64,000 nt of DNA. Origin: Roseburia sp. (GTDB lineage: Bacteria > Bacillota > Clostridia > Lachnospirales > Lachnospiraceae). Location: NCBI GenBank assembly GCA_023664685.1, contig JAMPFC010000004.1, forward strand, positions 1,233-65,232. The letters run 5' to 3'. Positions 54,300 through 64,000 of this stretch are shown here, one piece after another. Within the stretch, counting starts at the first letter, position 1. The number at the start of each line of letters is the position of its first letter. Made by a program: the position numbers and the translations under genes. Under the pieces are notes generated by a model that saw only the letters and a list, made by a program, of their open reading frames with translations, was not told where the DNA came from and did not search any database.

Positions 54300-54554
54300 C
54301 ATGATGTTGATAACTTTAATATAAATTGTTTGTTTTATGATCATTTGTGTGAATATGTGATAAATGTAAAAAATTTACTTTTTTAGATTCCACACCTTAC
54401 ACATTTTATCCAGACAAGAATCCATAAGTTATCAAAAGATAAAATTCATCATAAAATAAGCTTACTGTGGATTTTACACAAACTCACAGCTATTAATACT
54501 ATATAATACTAAAATATAATTATTTATAAATATGACTTAAACCTAAAGGGGGTT
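54300..54554. other. oriC candidate (dnaA-dnaN intergenic region with DnaA-box-like 9-mers and an AT-rich unwinding element)
   Basis: TTATCCAGA at 54406..54414 has 1 mismatch to TTATCCACA. TGTGGATTT at 54466..54474 has 2 mismatches to TGTGGATAA. An almost pure A/T run, TATTAATACTATATAATACTAAAATATAATTATTTATAAATAT, follows at ~54491..54533. The position matches the Bacillus-type oriC. Confidence 0.6.
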
Positions 54555-54563
54555 ATGCACAAT

Positions 54564-55667
54564 ATGAAATTCACATGCAATAAATCAGATATCAACGAAG
54601 CGATCAATATTGTATTGAAAGCGGTACCCGGAAAGACAACGATGCCAATCCTTGAATGTGTTGTGATCGAGGCAATGGAAAATGAACTAAAATTAACGAC
54701 AAATGATATGTCGCTTGGCATCGAAACAAGGTTTCAAGCAAATATAGAAGAAGAAGGGATCATACTTGTAAATGCCAAGATGATTTCTGAGATCATCCGA
54801 AAGCTTCCAGATCAAGATGTTTACTTTGAAGCAGACAGCAACGATAATATTCTTTTGTTCTGTGGAAAAGCAAAGTTTAATCTTTCCGGCAAAAATTACG
54901 AAGAGTTTCCGATGCTTCCTAATATTGAAAAAGAAAAACGGATCGTTATTTCCCAATTTACATTAAAGGAAATGATACGCCAGACGATTTTTTCGATTTC
55001 CAACAACGAGAATAATAAAATTCTTACCGGTGAATTATTTGAGATCAATGGGGATGAATTTAAAATTGCTTCCCTCGATCTGCACCGTGTCTCGATCCGG
55101 AAGATGCAGTTGAAAGAAAGTTTTGATGATATAAAAGCAGTGATTCCGGGGAAAACTCTTAGCGAAGTGAGCAAAATCCTTACTGGCGGCATTGAGGATG
55201 AAGTGGAGATTTTCTTTACGAAGAACCATGTTTTGTTTGAACTGGAGAATACGATCATCATATCCAGACTGATCGAAGGAAACTTTTATAATATCAACCA
55301 AATGCTCACCAATGACTATGAGACAAAAGTGACAGTAAACAAAAGAGAGCTTTTAGATTGTATCGACCGCGCTACTCTTCTTCTCAGGGAAGCAGAAAAT
55401 AAACCGGTCATCATGAATGTAAAAAATGATGAGATCAAGATGGAGATGAATACAAAGATCGGATCGATGGATGAAAACATCACCATCACAAAAGAAGGAA
55501 AGGATCTTCGGATTGCTTTTGATCCAAAGTTTTTGATCGATGTTCTCAGGGTTATTGATGAAGAAGAGGTTAATTTGTATTTATTTAATGCGAAGGCGCC
55601 ATGCTTTATCCGGGATGATAATTCCTATATTTATCTGATCCTTCCGGTTAATCTCATTGATAATTAA
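54564..55667 (+). CDS. dnaN: DNA polymerase III beta sliding clamp
   Basis: I start it at MKFTCNKSDINEAINIV; the ORF track begins 3 codons earlier. Three-domain length and the conserved position after dnaA. Confidence 0.9.
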   Translation: MKFTCNKSDINEAINIVLKAVPGKTTMPILECVVIEAMENELKLTTNDMSLGIETRFQANIEEEGIILVNAKMISEIIRKLPDQDVYFEADSNDNILLFCGKAKFNLSGKNYEEFPMLPNIEKEKRIVISQFTLKEMIRQTIFSISNNENNKILTGELFEINGDEFKIASLDLHRVSIRKMQLKESFDDIKAVIPGKTLSEVSKILTGGIEDEVEIFFTKNHVLFELENTIIISRLIEGNFYNINQMLTNDYETKVTVNKRELLDCIDRATLLLREAENKPVIMNVKNDEIKMEMNTKIGSMDENITITKEGKDLRIAFDPKFLIDVLRVIDEEEVNLYLFNAKAPCFIRDDNSYIYLILPVNLIDN

Positions 55668-55699
55668 GCATAAGCAGTCAAAAGCAGAATGGAGAAAAA

Positions 55700-55908
55700 A
55701 TGGAAGAGATTGTGATAAAAGATGAGTATATTAAACTTGGACAGGCTTTGAAGCTTGCAGGTTTTGCAGGCTCAGGAGTAGATGCTAAGTTTATGATCGA
55801 GGATGGTATCGTTACAGTGAATGGAGAGACAGAGCTGCGGCGGGGAAGAAAAATATATCCCGGTGATATTATAGGTCTGGAAGGCAAACAGGTAAAGGTA
55901 ATCGGTAT

Positions 55909-55912
<4 letters not shown>
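55700..55912 (+). CDS. yaaA: S4-domain RNA-binding protein YaaA
   Basis: 70 aa. IKLGQALKLAGFAGSGVDAKFMIEDGIVTVNGE.E.RRGRKI..GD. Located between dnaN and recF, as in Bacillus. Confidence 0.85.
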
Positions 55913-58936
<3,024 letters not shown>

Positions 58937-58956
58937 CAGAAAGGACAGTATAAAAC

Positions 58957-61500
58957 ATGGATGAAAATATTTTTGATAAGGACAATGATTCTGTGGACGC
59001 AATAAAACCGATCGACCTAAGAAAAACTATGGAAACATCCTACATAGATTATGCCATGTCAGTTATTGCATCTAGGGCTCTCCCTGATGTAAGGGATGGA
59101 TTGAAGCCGGTTCAGCGCCGTATCCTCTATGCGATGATTGAACTGAATAACGGCCCGGATAAGCCGCATCGTAAGTGCGCGCGTATTGTCGGTGATACAA
59201 TGGGTAAATATCATCCCCACGGAGACAGCTCGATCTATGGCGCCCTTGTCAATATGGCGCAGGAGTGGTCGACAAGATATCCTCTTGTAGATGGTCATGG
59301 AAACTTTGGATCGGTAGATGGTGACGGTGCCGCTGCCATGCGTTATACTGAGGCGCGTCTGAGCAAGATTTCGATGGAAATGCTTTCGGATATCAATAAA
59401 AATACCGTTGATTTTGATCCAAACTTTGATGAAACGGAAAAAGAGCCGACAGTACTTCCTTCCAGATATCCAAATCTTCTTGTCAATGGAACTTCCGGAA
59501 TTGCAGTTGGTATGGCGACAAATATTCCGCCGCACAATTTAAGGGAAGTGATCGGTGGAGTTGTAAAGATCATTGATAATATCATTGAAGAAGACAGGGA
59601 AACTAATATCGATGAAGTGATGGATATCATCAAAGGCCCGGATTTTCCGACAGGCGCTACGATCTTAGGACGCTCTGGAATCGAGGAAGCTTACCGCACC
59701 GGCCGCGGTAAAATAAAAGTGCGTGCTGTGACAGATATCGAGCCGATGCCAAATGGGAAAAACCGGATCATTGTGACCGAGCTTCCTTTTATGGTAAATA
59801 AAGCGCGTCTGATCGAAAAAATCGCTGAGCTTCATAAGGATAAAAAAGTAGATGGAATCACAGAACTTCGCGATGAATCAAACCGTGAGGGTATGCGCAT
59901 CTGCATCGAACTGCGAAAAGATGTAAATGCAAATGTAGTTCTGAACCAGTTATTTAAACATACCCAGATGCAGGATACTTTTGGCGTAAATATGCTTGCT
60001 TTAGTTGACAAGCAGCCGGTTGTCATGAACCTTCTCCAGATGCTTACCCATTATCTGAAGCATCAGGAGGAAGTCGTTACACGACGTACAAAATATGACC
60101 TCAATAAAGCAGAAGAGCGGGCGCACATTTTAAAAGGTCTGCTGATCGCTCTGGATCATATCGATGAAGTAATAAAAATAGTACGTGGTTCCCAGACTAC
60201 TGCGACTGCAAAAGAAAGATTGATTGAGAGGTTTGAGTTAGATGATGTTCAGGCTCAGGCTATCGTAGATATGCGTCTTCGTGCGTTGACAGGTCTGGAG
60301 AGAGAAAAACTCGAAAATGAATATGACGAACTGATGAAAAAAATCGGTGAGTACAAAGCAATCCTTGCAGACCGCAAACTTCTTCTTGGCGTCATCAAAG
60401 AAGAAATCACTTTAATCTCCAATAAATACGGAGACGAGAGAAGAACAAGCATCGGCTATGATGAATTTGACATTTCGATGGAGGATCTTATTCCGGTAGA
60501 AAATACGGTGATCGCCCTGACACATATGGGATATATCAAACGTATGACGATCGATAATTTCAAGAGCCAGCATCGTGGCGGCAAGGGAATCAAGGGAATG
60601 CAGACGATTGATGAAGATTATATCGAGGATCTTTTCATGGCTACGACCCATCATTATCTTATGTTCTTTACAAATAAAGGACGTGTATACCGGATCAAAG
60701 CCTATGAGATTCCAGAATCCGGACGGACGAGCCGGGGGACAGCGATCGTAAACCTTTTGCAGCTTTTGCCGGAGGAAAAAATAACAGCTGTTATTTCCCT
60801 GAGAGAATACGAAGAAAATACATATTTATTTATGGCTACCAAACACGGACTTGTGAAAAAGACGTCCATTACCGAATATATGCATATCCGAAAGACCGGA
60901 CTGCAGGCGATCAATCTTCGTGAAGACGATGATCTGATCGAAGTAAAAGTAACAGATAACGAAAAGAGCATCCTTCTTGTGACAAAACATGGACAGTGTA
61001 TCATGTTTAAGGAGACAGATGTCAGGCCGACGGGACGGACGTCAATGGGTGTCCGCGGAATGAATCTTTCCTTTGATGATGAAATCATAGGAATGCAGCT
61101 TGATACACAGGGCGAAGAACTTCTTCTTGTATCCGAATACGGAATGGGCAAGCGGACGAGCATCAGTGAGTTTGGAATCCAGCGCCGCGGCGGTAAAGGT
61201 GTAAAATGCTACAAGATTACGGAAAAGACAGGTTTTGTCATAGGGGCAAAGGCTGTTCATGAAAATCAGGAAATCATGCTTATCACGAATGAAGGCATTA
61301 TTATCCGTATTGAAGTAAGCGGAATTTCTGTGCTTGGCCGCATCACTTCCGGCGTAAAACTGATGAACCTTGATCATACGAAGGATATCGTAGTGGCAAG
61401 TATTGCAAAGGTAAGAAAAGAAGTGGATGATTCCGTGGACTCAGAGGATTCCGATACGGATAGCGAGGAGGCACCAGAGCATACCGATGAGAACGATTGA
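58957..61500 (+). CDS. gyrA: DNA gyrase subunit A
   Basis: [12 protein letters not shown], the active-site region [10 protein letters not shown], beta-pinwheel repeats in the CTD, and an acidic tail. Confidence 0.95.
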   Translation: MDENIFDKDNDSVDAIKPIDLRKTMETSYIDYAMSVIASRALPDVRDGLKPVQRRILYAMIELNNGPDKPHRKCARIVGDTMGKYHPHGDSSIYGALVNMAQEWSTRYPLVDGHGNFGSVDGDGAAAMRYTEARLSKISMEMLSDINKNTVDFDPNFDETEKEPTVLPSRYPNLLVNGTSGIAVGMATNIPPHNLREVIGGVVKIIDNIIEEDRETNIDEVMDIIKGPDFPTGATILGRSGIEEAYRTGRGKIKVRAVTDIEPMPNGKNRIIVTELPFMVNKARLIEKIAELHKDKKVDGITELRDESNREGMRICIELRKDVNANVVLNQLFKHTQMQDTFGVNMLALVDKQPVVMNLLQMLTHYLKHQEEVVTRRTKYDLNKAEERAHILKGLLIALDHIDEVIKIVRGSQTTATAKERLIERFELDDVQAQAIVDMRLRALTGLEREKLENEYDELMKKIGEYKAILADRKLLLGVIKEEITLISNKYGDERRTSIGYDEFDISMEDLIPVENTVIALTHMGYIKRMTIDNFKSQHRGGKGIKGMQTIDEDYIEDLFMATTHHYLMFFTNKGRVYRIKAYEIPESGRTSRGTAIVNLLQLLPEEKITAVISLREYEENTYLFMATKHGLVKKTSITEYMHIRKTGLQAINLREDDDLIEVKVTDNEKSILLVTKHGQCIMFKETDVRPTGRTSMGVRGMNLSFDDEIIGMQLDTQGEELLLVSEYGMGKRTSISEFGIQRRGGKGVKCYKITEKTGFVIGAKAVHENQEIMLITNEGIIIRIEVSGISVLGRITSGVKLMNLDHTKDIVVASIAKVRKEVDDSVDSEDSDTDSEEAPEHTDEND

Positions 61501-62329
61501 TACAAGTGAAGTCACAAGAAACATCAAAGAAATGTGCATGGAGGTAAATGTAAAACTTTCGGATGATGTGAAATGTGCGATCTTAGATGGAAAGGAAAAA
61601 GAAAAATCTCCTTTGGGCAGACAAATCCTTGGACAGCTTGAGGAAAATATGCAGATTGCAGCAGAGACAAAAATACCAATCTGCCAAGACACCGGAATGA
61701 CGGTCGTATTTGTTAAAGTTGGTCAGGAGGTTCATTTTGAAGGAGATTATATCGAGGATGCAATAAATGAAGGAATCCGGCAGGGTTACGAAGAGGGATA
61801 TCTGAGAAAATCCGTCGTCAGTGACCCGGTAGAGCGGGTAAATACAGGAGATAATACCCCGGGTATCATTCATTATGAACTTGTCCCCGGCGATCAAGTG
61901 GAAATCACCGTAGCTCCAAAAGGTTTTGGAAGTGAAAACATGAGCCGGCTCTATATGCTCAAACCGGCAGACGGGATCGAGGGGATCAAGGATGCGATTC
62001 TCGAAACTGTAAAACTTGCAGGGCCAAATGCCTGTCCGCCGATCGTAGTCGGCGTCGGTATCGGCGGAACTTTTGAAAAATGTGCGATCCTTGCGAAAAA
62101 AGCCCTCGCCAGAGACTTAGACAGTTCTTCTCCGATTTCTTATGTAAAAGAGTTGGAGGAAGAAATGCTGCAAAAGATCAATGGGCTTGGACTTGGCCCG
62201 GGCGGACTTGGCGGGACAGTGACAGCTCTCGGCGTCAACATAGAAACTTATCCGACACATATCGCAGGGATGCCTGTAGCAGTGAACATATGCTGTCACG
62301 TAAACCGGCATATAAAAAGAACAATATAA
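61487..62329 (+). CDS. Class I (Fe-S) fumarate hydratase / tartrate dehydratase, alpha subunit
   Basis: I start it at MRTIDTSEV, overlapping the gyrA 3' end by 14 nt. Motifs: [24 protein letters not shown]. Confidence 0.85.
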   Translation: MRTIDTSEVTRNIKEMCMEVNVKLSDDVKCAILDGKEKEKSPLGRQILGQLEENMQIAAETKIPICQDTGMTVVFVKVGQEVHFEGDYIEDAINEGIRQGYEEGYLRKSVVSDPVERVNTGDNTPGIIHYELVPGDQVEITVAPKGFGSENMSRLYMLKPADGIEGIKDAILETVKLAGPNACPPIVVGVGIGGTFEKCAILAKKALARDLDSSSPISYVKELEEEMLQKINGLGLGPGGLGGTVTALGVNIETYPTHIAGMPVAVNICCHVNRHIKRTI

Positions 62330-62334
62330 AAGAA

Positions 62335-62363
62335 AAAGGTGCGGTTTTTTGAACTGCACCTTT
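62335..62363 (-). terminator. Stem-loop terminator between the convergent fumarase-alpha and DUF2752 genes
   Basis: 8-bp stem AAAGGTGC/GCACCTTT with a 13-nt loop. On the minus strand it is followed by TTTTTCTTTT. It overlaps the DUF2752 stop codon. Confidence 0.5.
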
Positions 62364-62715
62364 AAATATGCATGATATTTCGGATCACTGCCCACACGAT
62401 CAGGCTGATCAAATATAAGATCGTCAGCCATTTTGTGAAAGGCTTTTTTCTTATTTTATTTCCACAAAATAAATTTAATATGACGATAAGAAGAAGCAGT
62501 GGAGATGTGGCAAAAAGAAAACGGTTTGCATAAAACGCGCCGGCAAAGTCAAAATCCATCAGATGGAGAAATATGTGGGTTATGCCGCAGCTCGGACAGC
62601 GGAAGCCTGTAACTGTCTGAAAAAAGCACGGTATACAAAACGATGTATACCGTACGATAAGTGCATAAACAATGCCAACAAAAATCAAAAACTTAGGCAA
62701 ACTTATTGATTTCAT
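62362..62715 (-). CDS. DUF2752-family small membrane protein
   Basis: 117 aa with CPCFFQTVTGFRCPSCGITH and flanking TM segments. Confidence 0.7.
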   Translation of the reverse strand: MKSISLPKFLIFVGIVYALIVRYTSFCIPCFFQTVTGFRCPSCGITHIFLHLMDFDFAGAFYANRFLFATSPLLLLIVILNLFCGNKIRKKPFTKWLTILYLISLIVWAVIRNIMHI

Positions 62716-63028
62716 TCTGAATCAGCGCGTATGCGATTACTCCACCAAAGATGAAAAGGATCAGATAAAGGATTCCTCCGTTGCTAGCTGCTTCGCCGCG
62801 GTTCTGATGAGCTTTGTCGATTTTTTCACCACATTTGTATGCCCAGTATAAACCATAAATGCCACATGTGATAATTGTCAGTACAAATGCCATTACTCCG
62901 CTAGTACCCGGTTCTCCTGCGATTGTGTTTGTGTCGTCTGTCAGGGTAACAAACCAGTAAATTCCATAAATACCGCATGTCACCAGTGAAAGAATGATAC
63001 AAAGCGCAATGTTTCGTTCTTTTACCAT
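62693..63028 (-). CDS. DUF4234-like small membrane protein
   Basis: I start it at MVKERNIALCIILS behind AAGGAGG; the ORF track starts at 63061. It carries a repeated TCGIYG(I/L)YW motif in TM helices. Confidence 0.65.
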   Translation of the reverse strand: MVKERNIALCIILSLVTCGIYGIYWFVTLTDDTNTIAGEPGTSGVMAFVLTIITCGIYGLYWAYKCGEKIDKAHQNRGEAASNGGILYLILFIFGGVIAYALIQNEINKFA

Positions 63029-63270
63029 TTTAAACTCCTCCTTAAAATAATTTTGATACATTAAGACTTAGTTCATTCTACCATAATATGAATAGGCAGT
63101 CAATGAAATTTCGTCAGCGGTTTTTCTTATTTTAAAAAGGGTTTATGATAAGAGAAAAATATGGTTGACAAAAGGAAAAAAACATATTTTAATAAAATAG
63201 TGAGAAAATAAAATAGTAAGAAAACAGAATTAAAGAATAAAGAATGGATCAACTGGTTTAGGAGGAAAGT

Positions 63271-63822
63271 ATGGAGAAATACATTGAAGCACCATTGACA
63301 GAAGAAAAAGTCAAAGATTTAAAGGCAGGAGATTATGTATACCTGTCCGGTACAATTTATACAGCGAGGGACGCCGCCCACAAAAGGATGACGGAAGGCA
63401 TCGAAGAAGGAGCCGAGCTTCCTTTTGATGTGAAAGACCAGACGATTTATTATCTTGGCCCAACGCCGGCGAGGGAGGGACAGGTCATCGGCTCTGCAGG
63501 CCCTACAACTAGCAGCCGCATGGATAAATATGCACCTGTTCTGTTAGACCGCGGGCTAAAGGGAATGATCGGAAAAGGGAAAAGAAACGATGCGGTGATT
63601 TCTTCCATGAAAAAAAATAAGGCAGTATATTTTGCAGCTGTGGGAGGCGCAGGTGCATTACTTTCAAAATGTATCAAAAAAAGTGAGGTCATCGCCTATG
63701 ATGATCTTGGGACAGAAGCGATCCGAAAACTCGAAGTGGAAAATCTCCCTGTCATAACTGTGATCGACTGCGAGGGCAACGATCTGTACAAAACAGCGGC
63801 AGCGGAATATGCAAATATTTGA
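63271..63822 (+). CDS. Class I (Fe-S) fumarate hydratase / tartrate dehydratase, beta subunit
   Basis: 183 aa. LSGTIYTARDAAHKR...GPTTSSRMD...IGKG.R. RBS AGGAGGA. Confidence 0.85.
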   Translation: MEKYIEAPLTEEKVKDLKAGDYVYLSGTIYTARDAAHKRMTEGIEEGAELPFDVKDQTIYYLGPTPAREGQVIGSAGPTTSSRMDKYAPVLLDRGLKGMIGKGKRNDAVISSMKKNKAVYFAAVGGAGALLSKCIKKSEVIAYDDLGTEAIRKLEVENLPVITVIDCEGNDLYKTAAAEYANI

Positions 63823-63823
63823 G

Positions 63824-63852
63824 TTGACAAACAAAAGATAATCTGTTAGAAT
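63824..63852 (+). promoter_or_regulatory. Sigma-A promoter for tRNA-Ser
   Basis: TTGACA (63824..63829), a 17-nt spacer, then TAGAAT (63847..63852). It lies 45 nt upstream of the tRNA. Confidence 0.6.
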
Positions 63853-63897
63853 TATCCATGCACTGAAATTGAATATTGTTTGCTGTTTCAGAACTTT

Positions 63898-63985
63898 GGA
63901 GAAGTACTCAAGTGGCTGAAGAGGTGCCCCTGCTAAGGGTATAGGTCGTTCACGCGGCGCGAGGGTTCAAATCCCTCCTTCTCCG
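63898..63985 (+). tRNA. tRNA-Ser (anticodon GCT), class II with long variable arm
   Basis: Acceptor GGAGAAG/CTTCTCC, anticodon loop CTGCTAA, long variable arm GTATAGGTCGTTCACGCGGCGC, T arm GAGGG-TTCAAAT-CCCTC, discriminator G. Confidence 0.9.
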
Positions 63986-64000
63986 TTCGTAAAGTGCATC

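Overview
The window is a chromosomal segment from a low-GC Gram-positive anaerobe. Gene content and synteny suggest Clostridia, probably Lachnospiraceae-like, but that is inference. It splits into two parts.

(1) Positions ~36-64 kb are the conserved replication-origin neighbourhood. On the minus strand: parA/soj, parB/spo0J, a DUF4446 gene, rsmG, mnmG, mnmE, jag, yidC, yidD, rnpA and rpmH. On the plus strand: dnaA, an AT-rich dnaA-dnaN spacer with DnaA-box-like 9-mers (oriC candidate), dnaN, yaaA, recF, gyrB and gyrA. Two perfect parS 16-mers flank rsmG. Housekeeping genes surround this core: a split purH/purO pair, a D-Ala-D-Ala carboxypeptidase, an HD-GYP protein, trmB, an AI-2E transporter, a split class-I fumarate hydratase, tRNA-Lys(CTT) and tRNA-Ser(GCT).

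(2) Positions ~4-35 kb are an accessory region, almost all on the minus strand. Its centrepiece is a tightly packed 16-gene array (16.8-31.8 kb) encoding a type VII secretion system of the Firmicutes (T7SSb) kind:
- an EssC-like FtsK/SpoIIIE ATPase with N-terminal FHA domains;
- a YukD/EsaB-like ubiquitin-fold protein;
- four proteins with a WxG motif, plus further small helical proteins;
- an LXG/WXG-like effector with a glycine-zipper hydrophobic segment;
- a DUF4176 protein.

I see no EssA, EssB or EsaA homologue. The same array instead ends in two single-pass membrane Hanks Ser/Thr kinases, a PP2C phosphatase and a lipoprotein related to the ectodomain of one kinase.

A ~24-nt motif (GAAAAnTTTTCCGTTTYTTTCAC on the + strand) occurs four times. 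Each copy lies ~20 nt upstream of a -10-like hexamer. The four copies precede essC, a secreted CHAP peptidoglycan hydrolase, a 462-aa unknown protein co-transcribed with an LRR surface protein, and a 1072-aa Big_2 surface protein. This suggests one regulon.

The region also holds a zinc-ribbon/PASTA kinase, a hybrid histidine kinase with an Hpt domain plus a stand-alone receiver, and three AAA/DUF4143 ATPase genes. Two of those ATPase genes are close paralogs that bracket the island. I recognised no CRISPR array, integrase, transposase or rRNA gene. All homology calls come from reading the translated ORFs by eye; no database search was possible.
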